Shown here: positions 37,101-51,700 of the stretch, piece by piece
How the letters are laid out: the number at the start of each line of letters is the position of its first letter
Position numbering within the stretch: position 1 is the stretch's first letter
NCBI GenBank assembly: GCA_012026655.1
Contig: JAAILG010001265.1
Coordinates: 1 to 64,000 of the forward strand
Source of the DNA: Hydrolagus affinis
Lineage: Eukaryota
DNA: 64,000 nucleotides
Direction: 5' to 3'
Made by a program: the position numbers and the translations under genes
The notes under the pieces: generated by a model
The model's input: only the letters and a program-made list of their open reading frames with translations
Database searches by the model: none
What the model was told of the DNA's origin: nothing

Positions 37101-38552
37101 ACTTGTAGTCAAATGCTCTGGAAAAAGCTAATTTGAGACGATTAGCCTTGTTATTAATTATTTAATACTGAGGATAGTTAGAATGTAACTATTTCACATG
37201 GGATTCCTTAATAACTAAACCAAGTGAGGCTCCCTCCTATAAGTGCGGGGTAGAATTTCTGCACCTTGGTGTTACATCTTCCAGGTCCTCATTAAAGAAT
37301 TCCATTAGAATTGACGCATTTTAGACCCCACAATATGGGAAATAAGTCAGTTTTCTGTGGTTGTCTTGGCACTCCGATTTCCGAGCCAGTTATGAATTTC
37401 ACTGATGAAATCATACACCTTTTAATATACAGAGATCATTTGTATTACTGGTTTACTTTTATCCTGGAAGAAATGATGATAACATGATTTTTGCTAAATC
37501 TAAATGCCTGTATAAGTTAATGTCAACCACTGTAATCGAGTTAGAAGAATATGGTGCGACATTCTCAGGTCACACTCTTCAGATGCAGATCGAGAAGTTT
37601 CTCCTGGTGTCCTTGCCTACAATCACTCAAATAAAATTAGTTGTTTGTATGGCACTGCTGTGCGCACAGCAACGTTTACCTTTTCAACATAAAACACACA
37701 GTTGCTACACTTTACGGTATATCCCTTGAAGGACTTTGGGACATCCCTACCCCATCGATGTGAAATGCGCTGTACCAAATGCATGATTTGGTAAGGATTA
37801 TTACTATTATTATTAAGTATATTTCAATGAATTGAAGAAAGATATCTGAACTCTTACTAACATGGCTCAAATATCTGTTGTATTGTTCCTTCCCATCTGA
37901 TTGATATCACCAGTATTTAATCAAATATCTGTTCTGCCAAGCAATCTTCAACAATTGTCTCCAGAATGAAGCCTAAAATATCTTGTGTGGGTGGAATTAT
38001 ATTACAGAATGCGCATCTTTGAATCAGAATGTGAGTAAAACAGCATAATTCTTTAATATGCTCAAGGGGTTGTAAAGTCATAAACAGTGTTTTTTATGTT
38101 TTTTCCAAGTGAACTTCACAAGTTAACCATTGACGTGTCATGGATAGCGTACTTGTCTGGTGGATAGTCAGGTCACAGAAATCATAATAATAATCCCTGC
38201 ATTTAACATAGTGCTTTATCATGCCTTCGAGACGTCTCAAAGGGCTTCACAGAGTATAGACTAAAGTGAATTTCAGACCTAGAAATCTCTAGTCCTTTAT
38301 GATTAGATTGACTTGGAGAATGGGACTTTAAAACCAACTTTATCGCTATGTGGTTCATTTCTAGAGTAGATGATGGATGGTAGATCAGAATAATAAATTA
38401 TAATAAAAGCCTTTACATTGGGAGCACATGTCCAAGTACCTTATGGAACATCCTGTAAAGTGCAGTGACTATGCATCTTATAGGCAAACGCAGCAGCCAA
38501 TTTTACTCGATTGATTAATCAGGATGCACAGTAAGTAAATTATTTTAAAAAT

Positions 38553-38820
38553 TGGATGGCTCAGTTTGAAAACTTCCTGTCCAGTGTGAAACTGAGCCAC
38601 ACAAACTTGGAGATGTCAGGTTCAATTCTTCACTCTGTGCTAACTGATGTCCCCGCTGCTTGCTAGGCTATAGAGAGAAAACATCAGTCACAGCTCCTAG
38701 TCACTATCCAGCGACCTCAGTTGGAAATTAATGGACATGGGTTGAAGAAACCATCTGGCTCAATGGTAATGCCCCCTGCAGTTGAATAGCTTATCAAGGC
38801 TTGCACATGATCCCTTGGCA
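38553..38820 (+). mobile_element. Ancient tRNA-headed SINE remnant (AmnSINE2-like)
   Basis: GGATGGCTCAGTT...CCAGTGTGAAACTGAGCCACACA...CAGGTTCAATTC...CTGTGCT...CACTATCCAGCGACC; a 3' fragment of apparently the same family at about 16845-16945(-). Name from memory. Confidence 0.5.
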
Positions 38821-41800
38821 TATATTGTGATCTTATCAATATTCCCCATTTCAAGTTTCTAATTACCTATAAAACATTCTCTGAAAATTTGACAAACAAA
38901 TAACTAAGCTTTTACCTTAGCTAAAATAACACTTTCTCCACCATGATAAATTTGAGGAGAAGTCTGTTTGATGAGCGGATAGATGAGTTCATTTGAGTTC
39001 AGACTATTAAGGGCTATTCATGGAAATGCGCATGCTAGAGGTTTGCAAGCATAAATCTATGACTTGAAAGCAATGTTCTGTTTTTGATCAAATTTTTTTT
39101 ATCACAATCTGAATTTTGCAAAGGCCCATTTGATATAATATAATGTTCCTAACATCAATTTATATTTAATTCTAACTTTTTATCTAATTTGAACAGAATC
39201 AAAAGGGTCAGAAACTAATTATGACATTATTTCTGAAGGTTTTCATCTCTTAGCAACAGTTATACTGTTAACGTTCACAATTTTTTTTAATGATTTGTAT
39301 ACTTATAATATTACCTCTCTGCTAGCTATTGGTATAAATAAGGTGTTAGTTTTTTTTTAAATACAGTTCAAATTAGAAATCCTCATTTGTTCTCAGAGGA
39401 ATTAACTATTTTACCTGTATTTAATATGCTAATATTTGAGAAAACAGCTTCAAGTCTTAGAGTAGTCTGAACAAATTGCATCGGAGGTGACATAATGCAA
39501 TGCCCTTCATTTTTCTTATAACCAAATAGATTTTTTTTCCCCCCAGGATATAATCTTGGTTATAACACATCCCTTCACAATCAGTAAAAAAAAATGGTTT
39601 CATAAGTTGGTATACATGGGAAATGGTACTTAATAATCCACCTTTAACATGGTTTGGATATAGAACACAATAGTTGATTCTTTCCCTGGGAATAAATGCT
39701 ATTTCTGCTTGTACAACTTTAGAACCTGGGCTGTAATTGGTGCAGTCATATCTGTAGCCAAAGACATGATTGCCCTGAATTTAAAGAGCAGAGTCTTTTG
39801 AGCTAACGACAAGTGTTTTTTTAAGCACTAACCAGCCTGATATCAGTGTACTGTATATATAGAGCAGTTTACTGGGGAATTCATAAAAAGAATAGATTAC
39901 TATATCTGTTACTCTGAAACCCAAATGCAACATGAGCAGATGCAACCAGACAAGTTATTTATAACATTGTTGGTATTCCTAGCATTCTGGGTTTAAACAA
40001 AACTTTGAACTCCAGGCACCGAGACAGAATTACATTTCTCAACGATAGAAAACAGTTTCATTCTTTGAGCGGGTAAATAATTTGTAATATTTCAGATATC
40101 ATGTAGGTGTCACCTAATTATCCTGGCTCCCATCACAATTGATTCGTTTCAGAGCGATACTCTGTTGAGATAAAAAGAATACAATGAAGCCTCTTCAACA
40201 TCTTTGGAGGTTGGTGAGTAGATGGCTTTTTTTTTCCTTTACTGCGTTACTTTATATGATTTTGATGTGATTTGCTCTTACTTTTTATTGTATATTTTCC
40301 AGGTGACCCTGATTACACTCAGGAGTCAGGAAACCATGTGTCCAATTCCAAGTCTGTAGAAACGTACTGAACAAAACTATAATTAGGTGTATCAGTCAAC
40401 CAGAAGTGGAATAGAAAATCCTCTTTAGAACCCTTAACTGTTCATGCAATGTGCTGGAAGAAATTCCACAAAAGATATGCCAGCTAATCATGACATTTTC
40501 CTATGCTTTACACAACACTGCTTGTCACTGTGGGAAACACCTTTCCAGGTAAAGATTTGATCTCTTTTACGAACCAGTTTCAGAGCTCGACATGCTTGTA
40601 ACAGCAAACAAAATACTGCAACAATTAGGGTTACAAAGGCAGTTTGGATACCAGTAAAAATGCTACATTGGCTTTTACATATAGATTAGCTTTGTTTAAC
40701 AGGGAAACTCAATGATTTACTACTGTGCAATGCTGAAAAGCAGTCACATCTTCTAGACGTCTCAAAGCGCTTCACGGAATATCCTGTAAAGTGAATTGAC
40801 TATATTTGTGGGTGAAACTCGGCAGCCAATTGCGCACAGCAGTGTCCCACAAATAAAAATTGAAATGACCAAATTATTATTGATTTTTATTCCGAGGGTA
40901 GCTGTGGATGTGAAACTTTCTTTGAAACTAAAATACTAACTTAGTGTTGTTACAAAACAAAACACAACCTGACCCAATGTCCTTTAACCCAGACAAATCT
41001 AAATCTTAGTCTCACTGATCTTGATAACTTGGAATAGAAAAGCATGCGAGTGATATTAAATTAATCCAAGTTGTTAATTGTGCCTCAGTCATAATACTCT
41101 ATATGAATCTATATGGCCTGCATACCCCATTACAGAAAATACATCAGCATCATGGAATAGATACTGTAGGCGTTTTATAAATGTAATTTTGCTGTTGTTG
41201 TTGTGTAGGTTCACATTGTAAGAGTATCATGTTACCATTAGATACTCAAATAATTTCCCTTCCACCCAAGAACTCAGCTGTCACTCTAATTTACAATCCC
41301 AACCATCCTCCTTACACTCTACACATAACACTCTACACATATAGGGCCAACTACAAGCTAAAGATTATCATGTGGAATGGAGAAATACTTTGATGCAATG
41401 AGGCATTAACAATGCCTTGTTTCGGAATTGTATGGCTGTAGGATTCCCTGCTTTAGGAAGCTCGCTTTGTACAGAGCAAGCTATCTTCCCTCCTCGGCTA
41501 TCAAGAGTCACGGTTTTTTTCACCACAATAATTTTTACAGCAATAATATTTCCAAGACACATTCTGTAATATAGAATGTATTGATTTTGAGGATAAAATT
41601 AACAGACTCAACGTGTGGAGCGGCAGCGGGCATTTGTGCATTTTAAGGCAATACCAAATGCGTGTGCAACTGCAGAAGCCTCTTTATTTGGGAACAGGTA
41701 AATAATAATAATCATTCTTGCGTTCAATTATAGCACCTTATCACGTCTTCATGATGTCTCAAAATTTGTTTTGGTCGAGGTATCGTTTCTTTGCATTTTC

Positions 41801-44800
41801 AAGAGAGCACTGCATTAGCATGAACCTTTTAAAACATATGTTATTTCCTTAATGGAAAATTTATAGGCAGCCCCAGTTCCTGGAAATATGCTCTCAGCTC
41901 TCTGCAGCTGAGCTGCTGTTAGCCACTGGGATAATCTTGCACAGCAGTAGACTGGGGCCTTCACACATACAAGTTTCCATTTTTTTTAATCACTTAGGGA
42001 AACAAATAACACTGAAAGGAATTAAATGGCACTTTAGTACAAACCTTGGTGATGATCCCCTCAATCTTTTTTTGTTTTTACTAAGGTAATACAGTAAGAG
42101 GATGATGCCCTTTTAGCGCAATGTGAGCTTGGCCCTTTAGAGTATGCACTATTGCAATATGAAAACATGGATGCAAACTAGATTTTCTAAAGTTCACTGG
42201 TTGACCATTCCTCCCAAGCACAACGGTTGCACACTATTGGTTTCTGTGTACTTTGCCACCTTACAGGTGTACTGTACTGACTGTTGCTATTGATTGGGCT
42301 ATTATCTCTTGGTTTGCATATGAAAACATCCGTGCTTTCACCATTTCACGATAAACAACATTGGCTGTACTCTGAAGTTAATTAATTGGCCAACAATCCT
42401 CTAGATAAATTGGATTAATCACTTCACAGCTGTTTGGGGAACAACAATGTGCTCAGATTGCAGTTGCGTTTACCTACAAAATACAGTCACTTTACTTTAT
42501 AGTATTTCCGGTGAAGTGTTTTGAGACATCCTCCCGATTTGAATGGTCTAGGGTCATATCATGAAAACCTTTTTTCTCCTGAAAGGTGTAAATGAGACAA
42601 ATTTCATCTATCTCAACTCATTTATCCATTTTAGGACAAATTACTCAAAATTGGCAAGTTCCCTTACTGAGCCATGAAGGCTGGCTGGTGTGTAAACTGG
42701 TCAAATTCTAAGCACAGGGGCACTCTTGTGACGTTAGAGTGAGGGGGCACTTTGCAGTAGAGTGGAGGAAGCTTTACTGCCAACACTGGCATTCCCTTTT
42801 GCTTCCGGATCGTAAAAGATTCGTCCAGAAAAGATTTTCAGAAATAAAGCCTCGTTGTCGTCATTGGGGTCAAAGATCTGGGAGCATATTTTTTTTTAAT
42901 GATATGAATTTAAATGGAAAACAGCTGAGCTGTCCTATTTATTATGGAAGCCCAGAGTGGTGACACCCTATATTTTGATTACATAACTCTGAGGCTGTCT
43001 CCAGCAGCCCATACACGCGCCGCCTCTAATAGGTTGTTTTATTGTTTGTTTTATGAGCAATTTCTATTTTGCAGTGAAAGATAATGCACCATAGAATTGT
43101 GTTGCCCACAAGGACACTAAATCAAGGCTAGTACCACTTTGTCTGGAATGTAGCTATGATTAGTTTCCTGCATTAATAACAATTTGTGCAGCACATTCAC
43201 ATGATGCCTTTCACGTCCATCGAAACCTTTCACCATTCTCTTCTTTTTAGTCGTTCTGAATAGATTGTACACATTGTTTTTAAAAAAAAATCCCAGTTTT
43301 TGCTACCATTTTTAGCTGCTGTTTTATCCCATCGTTGCCCTCTGAGAGTAAATCTCGTCCGAGCCACAATTGGAAAAGTATCACTTAATTTCGTGTGAGT
43401 TTCTTCTCTAGTGCACTTCCAAATAATGTTTGATTGTCTGAAGAACACAAGAACCATGTGATTATCTCTTTACTGCAAGGAATGATCAAAACGTAAGTGC
43501 TTCTTTCTCAACCTGTTCTCAGACTCCTCAGAGCAACAAATTATATTTATTCAGCGCCTTCAGCATCAGAAGGATGTCCTAAGATGCTGGGCAATGATGG
43601 TTTAGCATCCGATCTGCAGTTTCGGACACTGAGCAATAACTCTTCCCCACTTTGCTGGGAATGGCAGGGCTTTCACTCTCCGCCTCCCTACGACAGCACA
43701 GGTGAGATCAGGGACTTGCCAAGTTGTCAATCTCGTGCACGCTCACATCTTACCTCCTCCGCCTTGAAGCTCTCACACGCTGAGTTGCCATGCTGCCATA
43801 TGAATAAACACCTTTTTGCACGCGTGGTGCTTTTTGTTGGGAGAAAACTAATTACTACGTGTAATAAAATTTCAACAGGCTGCATCTGCAGCCTTGCTAA
43901 CATTGGGAGTACACCAGAAAGTCATTTTGTAATTATTAACACCTAGCTGCAATAATAAATGGTTATGGTATTTCAATAATAGATAAATGTGTCTTTCAGT
44001 GGCTTGGGACTGCATTTGAAGCATGCTCGGCCAGGAACAATAGATGCGTGGGTTCAGGTATCATTCTTTGAGACGTCTCGAAAACGTGATAAGGCCCTAT
44101 ATGAATATAAGTGTTATGCTAATTAGTATTATTATTATTCTCCCTAGGTTTAAGTTTTCATGCTTGACTATGTTTCAAATAGCTAGTGACTGAGTAGATT
44201 TTTTTCTGCAGGTATTTGAGGCTTACATCGTGTGAGAAATGTGGAAAGGTGTTTAATTTTGCTATCTACGTCAACCAAGATCGCACCATGATAACAAATA
44301 CATTACAAATGTTCCAGAGAGCTTGTAATCTTGATAAACTAGCAGTTATCAGAGTTGTAAGCAAATTCAGTGGCAAAATGCCAGCAAACACTCTAAATCA
44401 AGTTGTCACAAAATTGGTTTCTGTTGACTTAAAAAAAGAAATACCAGTTATGGTGCTAATGACGCCAACACTCTAATGTGCTTCAATGTGAATTTGTAGC
44501 ATCAGTATTTTCATGCCAGCTCTAAAATCTGAAATCAGATCCATATGTTAACTTCCCACAAAAACTGGGATAGCCACCAAAAGGCATATTCTGTACTCTC
44601 CATGGTTACATGATACTTTGGTCATTCATTTGGGATTGAAAACGAGCGAAATTTTTTTGTTAATATAAAGTAATCCTTACACATGAGTTTCACGTCAGGA
44701 GGATGTCACAAAGTGCTTCACGGGATATACTGCAAAGTAACATTTTGTAGGTGACGGTTTATGGAAAGCGAACGTCACTACCCCATTTAATAGCCGTTTT

Positions 44801-45483
44801 GCGATCACAGTCAACATTTGTGTTTTCGGGGCGTTTCTCAGCTGACAAAAGTCCAACGAAATGTTGGAAAGTAAAGTGCTGGCAGCAAAATGTCTTCTGA
44901 CGGCTTTTTGGGATCACGATTTTCCTAAATTGGTAGAAAATCCCATATTTTCGGTCGTAAAGCCAGACTATTGGACTTAGCTTCCAATTTGGAAACTAAT
45001 CAATTGTCTTTCCATATACGAACCTGACTATTTACATTATTTTGCTGAAGTAATTCAAGCATTCTTTTGAATATAAACAAATACACTAATTACGAGGATA
45101 ATCCAGATTTCCCTCCTGATAATACCAGCTTCCTCACTGGAGAAACCATTGGCTATTTTCCCAGTCACAGTTAACAATCCTCCCAACTAATTTGCTTCCC
45201 ACCCTGGTCAAACATCATTCTCTTCACAGCTCATTTACAGCCATTCATCACTATAAATAAGCAGCTTTGCTGATACATGAGCAGGACATGGGTAAGAAAA
45301 GAAACTGTTTGATCAAGAGCCATTACTTCCTGGTAAAGAGACAGAGGAGTCCAAAAACACCTTTTTGAAAGAGTATGAGAAAATGCCTGAAATCAGCATG
45401 ACAGAAACAGAATGAAACAGCAACACTCTTGGAGTCCCGTTTCACACTCTTAACCATTGACGGGAAGGATCTAGAACAGAGAG

Positions 45484-45821
45484 TAATAATAATAATCCTT
45501 GCATTTGATACAGCGCTTTTCATATATTATCGACATCTCAAAGCGCTTCACAGAATATACTGTAAAGTGGATTGACTATATATTTGTGGACGAATCGCGG
45601 CAGCCAATTGCGCGCAGCAGTGTCCCACAAACAGTCGTGGATTGAAATTACCAATTTTATTATTGTTTTTTTTTTGGAGGGATTATTATTAGGCGTGTGG
45701 AGTCAGGAAACTTGCTCAAGGTTTCGCCCTGACCTGCCTGGATTCGAACACAGGTCTCCCCAACTTGGTCTCCCCAGCTTGCAAGACAAGTGCTCTAAGC
45801 ACTAAGCCACAGCAGCTCCAC
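45484..45821 (-). mobile_element. Full-length SINE, same family
   Basis: End-to-end similarity to 26901-27232. Confidence 0.9.
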
Positions 45822-48392
45822 GATGTAATGTTGTACCTTCTCACCTCAGGCAAATGCGAAGATAGACTATGCCTGTCCAGAATCTTGGCTTTTTGGACTC
45901 TCCCTTAAACGTTTCATCTGAGCTCTGAACAAGTACACTTTCCTCTATCTCTGCAACATTGCCCACCTCTGTCTCTGCAACATTTCCCACTTCTACCATG
46001 GATTTTCTTTCAAATCGTATTTGTAGAGCAGTTCAAATGCTGGGAGGAACATGTTGAATTCAGAGAACAATCTCTACTGACATTCACACTCTGGGTTGTT
46101 TGACAAGTCGAAATAAACCAACCATTTTGACTGTTGAGTTTGAGGAAGGAAATAAATCTCACTGGAACAAAGAGATGAGGGATTATTATTGTGAATACTT
46201 ATTACAATTCACTGAACTAGTGAGGCGAAACTTCTGTGGGTTGAGAGCATGTTGTCTGCATCTGTTTACCAGGTGGCAATAACAAGAGAAAACTCTAAAA
46301 AAAAGTTCAGCCAAAAAGGATTGTTTCAAGTGTAATCTTCTTAACATGATGTTTGAATAAGTTTTCCTCCTGTGAGAGAAAAACAGAAGCAGGATGGACA
46401 CACGGAAATTACTTGGATGAATTTGCAGCAACTGGGCACATTTACTGAGGCTCAAGGTTTTGTTTCATGGTTTGGGCTTTCGCTTTGGAAGTTTGGACCA
46501 AAGTTGCGAAACGAGTGGAAAACGGCCGAGGTAGTGGTGAATCTCGGTCTATCACAAAAACAACTGATTCCAACTAGAGTCAATTTTTTTTTAAAAAGTT
46601 TTGGGTTATTTTGCCACATTAGGAAAACTAGAAAAATATGTTGGAACTTAAGGAAAATTCCTGTCCATAGGCCAAGAATGGATCTGATACTCTTTGGATA
46701 ATTTTTCTCTCTCACTTACGAGAGCAGAGCAACCGATGCCAAAGATGAACAAAAATGAACTGACAGATGGCATTGGGGTGATATATAGAGCGAGGGAAGG
46801 GAAATCGTGATATTGAGTACCATGACTTGTTCTTAAAGAGACAGGCGGCATATAAACGCTTCCCTCACGGATGTGCTGGCTTAAGCACTGTTTGTGGAAG
46901 AGAACAAAAGGACTGGACAAGGCAAAAGCTACCTTAGCAATCCGATTTTCGCATGCTAGTTCGGGTGCCAAGTAAAATGATCGATCGTTTTCCAAATAAA
47001 ACGTGGTGTAATTTGGTCTGCCTTCATCCTTCAGAAACGATCATTTATTTACAATGCGGGTATGCATTCTCCACGAATAAAACCTTCTGAAAACACCTGC
47101 ATGGGATAATAGCACAGCTCTCGCACTAAAGCAGACACGAGAGAATGGAAAACATTCGTGTGGCACTTTTCACATCAGGAGGTTGTCTCAAAGCTCTTAA
47201 CAAGGCACTTTGTTTTTGGAAAATATATATTTATTTAATAAATATACTATTTTGTACAACAGAAATACAAAACAAATACAACGTGCAATATCTTTTCCAT
47301 TTTTCCTTTCCCTGGATACCAATAAAAATTCTGTTGTTTATGGTACATTTCCTCACTGCCCACATGTTGGAGTACACGTTTTTTTGAGTCGATCCCTTTA
47401 AAACAGTCGGGAATCGCCTCTGTGTGCGCCACAGAGAGTTCAGCAGAGTCTGATGGTCACGTTATAGTCACTATGCTTTTTCCAGTGACTTTATTAGTCA
47501 GGAACTTTTTCCGAAAGTCCCAGGCAAACAGCTGAAAATCCAAAAGGGCCGGGTGCACCATTGCAGCCTCGATACCAAAAATGTGGGCCAAGGTCAGGTG
47601 TTAATGTTACTAATATTACATTTAACTGTTTTTTTTAAAAAAAGCACTAACACCAGTTAGCAGAGCTCTGCACACGCATTCCCCAGTGAGCGAGATTAGG
47701 AACAGGAAACAAACTCACTATGAATCACTCCAATGCTTGAAGCGATGTTGTATTGCTTCCAGCAGCAGGATAAATCGGGTTTTAACTTCACCATTTTGTG
47801 CACAACATCTAGAATTAGTTGTGCACGACAGTGAAACAATAATATAAGACAATGGTTTTATTTTTAGCCAGAATACCTAAATAGTGCAGTTAACCAGGTA
47901 ATAGATCAATGGATTCTAATTCCGTGCTTCTCTTCCAAGTGTTCTGGGAAACTACCCCACGTGAAGATGGCTATATAAATAAATGCAAGTTGTTATTCCC
48001 TTGCTAGAATCAGATCCACAGCCACGACGTAACAGTTTTACTGAAGTTCTATATCTCAGCAACTGAATACAGAAGTTTCCAGTAACCAGAGTTAAACTAA
48101 ACCTTCTGTAGCAACAACTCCCACCATTAAACTAAGAACAGAGGGATCGTGGGACTCTGTGAAATTTGCCTGACTAAAAGTGCTGGCGATCTCCACATTG
48201 CATTATCAGCTGGAAAAGCTAGCAGACAGGTGAACATTTACGGACTCTACTCGAGTCATAAAACACTATTGGAACAGAACTCTGGCAAATTAGCAGTGCT
48301 GGAGGATTGGAGTTTGGATAGTGGTACTATAAGTTTAGATGTACAAGTGGACTTTTGGTGCAATGTTCCTCAATGTGGCTGTTAGTTGCTGA

Positions 48393-48730
48393 TAATCATA
48401 ATAATAATCCTTGCATTTGATATAGCGTTTTTCATAGCTTATCGACGTCCCAAGGCGCTTCACAGAATATACTGTAAAGTGAATTGACTGTATATTTGTG
48501 GGTGAATCGTGGCAGTCAATTGTGCACAGCAGTGTCCCCACAAACAGTCGTGGATTGAAATGACCAATTTTATTATTGTGGTTTTTTTGGAGGGATTATT
48601 ATTAGGCGTGTGGAGTAAGGAAACTCGCCCAAGGTTTCACCCTGACCTGCTTGGATTCGAACACAGGTCTCCCCAGCCTGGTCTCCCCAGCTTGCAAGGC
48701 AAGTGCTCTAACAACTAAGCCACAGGAGCT
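48393..48730 (-). mobile_element. Full-length SINE, same family
   Basis: End-to-end similarity to 26901-27232 and 45484-45821. Confidence 0.9.
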
Positions 48731-51700
48731 ATGGTAGGTTCGGAGTTATGCCTTCCCAACTTAACCAGTAGGAAGGTAGCTTCAGGATTGGAGACTCCTT
48801 CTCCCTGAAACATCTGCTGGCCATCCTTTGGACATCAAAATATCTTGTGGCTGTCCCGACATCAGGAACGGAGCACACGAACAAGGAATGATCAGGGGTA
48901 GAACACTCGTGCGGTTGAAAGCGTGTGATTTTTTTTCACAAAATCCCATTTACCTGTAGGACATCTATCCAATGTATAAGTTATCAGTGACTTACCTACC
49001 CCCGCATGCTGCTTCTGCAATAGGTATTCCTCGTTGGACACTTCAGCACCTCGCTACAGCTGCAGCACCTTCCCTGCTGATCCTTCACAAACAGTGCTGT
49101 GCTCTGCTTGTAGTGAGCCACAGAGATATTCTACTTATATCCTGCTGAAATTGACACCTTTTGATATGTGCCAAATGACCCACCCATCCCATGGCAATTC
49201 ACTAGAGGAGATTTTGCTCACAGAATACACGGTCCATACCCCAGACACTTTACAATATATTCTGTGAAGCCGTCTGATACATTTCAACAAGATGATGAGG
49301 CGCTGTATCAAATGCAAAGAGTATTATTATTAGGATTGCTTTAGCACGTGGAACAAAACAAGCCCCCAAAAGTTCAAAGATATTTGGTACATTTATGTAT
49401 GTGTGTCATATGCATACGTAACCATTGCCCAACATTATGACTATTACAATTCACATGCAATTTTGCTTCCCACACATCATGACAAATGATACTGTAAAAG
49501 AATCTGAAGCTTTCTTTTATACTTCATTCAAAACAATTCCAATCCGTTGAATTTTTCCTGAGCAAAATAAATCGCAGCAAAGTCATCGGTTTGTCATGGG
49601 ATTGTCTGGGGATCTTGTCCTTTTCCCTTTTATTTCCAGTGAATAAATTCCTCTATCATCTTTAAACTATTATATAAGGAATTTGATTGGTAATGGATTG
49701 TCTAAAATAACTTGTGTTGCGCAGCCAGAAACCATATAATGTCTGTTCAGAATATGCACCTGTTTTTGATTTAGCCTGTAAAATTGTGACCTGTGTATTG
49801 TTTGTTAAAAAAAACCTATAGCAACTGGTCTATAAGGATAGATTATTGACTCAGATGTAGTTTGAGAGAATATGGGTGGATGCACACAGTAGCTGATGTC
49901 AGAAATGCACAGACTGCAACACTCATTTTTCACTTCATAAAAGCCTATGAATAACGACCTTGACAGTTTGAGTCAAAATGAACTTCATACACTAGGCTTT
50001 AGAATATTAAAACAATCATATACTGTACGTGTATTGGTGAATAGCATATTTGTAGCATCTAAATGGTTGTTCATTGGCTCTGCTAACTTTATGTTTTGAA
50101 AAGGAAATTGACGCACGGATTATGTTAGCTTGATGGCTCAATTCCTTGCACATCCTTCTCCCACAATATGTAGAATTACAAAGAAATTACAGCACAGAAA
50201 GAGGGCACTCGGCCCAATTACTCCTTGTAGCCCACCATCCTCAAACCCCTCTCCTCAACCCCTCTATTCTCTTCAAACTAGGTTTTTTTTTTGCCACCCC
50301 CACCCCTTGCATTATGTAAACCAAATTGTCATGACATCTTCACTAACAGATTTGAATCAAAAGGCAATAATGTAATATTATTATTATGCAATAGGCATAA
50401 CAAATCAGATGATAAACCCATCATTCCAGAAAGCAAGGTAGCATCAAAATGTAGTACGGTTGTTCACTTTCAAGTGCGATTTTTCATATCATTCAGATCG
50501 CCCGTCCGCCTGAACATCTCACCTCAATTCCAAGCCATGTTGGTCGGAAGTCCCTCTTGCATCACAAATTAATGGGGAAGAATTTCATCCAACTGATACA
50601 CTTTCATGACATGTGCAGAAAGTATTTGAATATGTCATGTAAACACGTGCGCCAACAATTTACATACTTTCAGAATAGACATGCCTCACTTGTATCCGAG
50701 GGAATGCCTTTGAGATCGGGTTCAGAAATGAACAATGAAATGCACAAAGTCACAAAGTGCATTTGATATGAGCCACGCTTTGCTCCAGAGATAAGAAACA
50801 AAGGGGAAAATCATCCAGTCAACAACTATTTCTTTCCTCGGCGATCCCAGGCCAGCGAAGAAACACAAAAGTATTCACACGTTAAGAACTCTTAAAGCAT
50901 GAATTATGTTATTCTGGGATACCAAACCAAAGTACAGAGAACCTTTATTTGTCCCAGCTGTGCGAGACCTCAGCATACTTTGAACACATGAACGTAGTTA
51001 AAAAAAAACACCAGAGCACCATAAAGATGTCACTCCAAGATTAGAAGGACATAATAGTAATAAGTGGTTCTATAGTAGTATGGATCTGCTTAACAAGCTT
51101 ATTTATGGCATGGTAAACGTTAACAGTTAAATATCATTTGCTGTCTTCATTTCATGCGTACGCATTAGAAGCCACCATTATAACATTCTTTGCGATTGCT
51201 TAAGGACATGCTTCAGTTGAACAATATTTTGGGGAACTATTCTACCAAGACAGATTGATTAACTCCAAGTGTACAATTTGCCTTCAAGGCTGGACTAATT
51301 ATTATCATTTTGAATGAGAAACATCTCAACAACAAAGAAAAAAGTTGTGGGGCCCCCTGGAGAGTGCTGATGTCCCCAAAATGTCAAACATAATCCCATA
51401 TCAAGCACATATCATGGTGGGTGGTTTAAAACACAAGGTTACTCAAAGCTTTCAACTGAACAATTTCCAGCCAAACATCTTTCACATTTTAGTGTCTGAA
51501 ATCTCCGTTAATGATAAACAATTAATCACGTATCATAATTGTCCACTTTGACAACACAGGAGCAACTCTTACAGGCTGCAACATTTCTCTGGGTGGGGGG
51601 AAATACTAATGGTAGATAAGTAGAAGGCAGATACGTTGGCAAGCGTTGGACTTCAAGGAAAAGCCCCATCAGAACCTTGATGCATCATAATTCATGTAGA

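Noticed and set aside
43497-43946. 149-aa ORF and LTR-like texture with AATAAA
   Set aside because: Starts in a minus-strand L2 tail; no domain, TG...CA termini or second LTR seen.
45943-45990. 24-bp tandem duplication (also a 14-bp one near 41314-41342)
   Set aside because: Ordinary slippage duplications with no sign of function.
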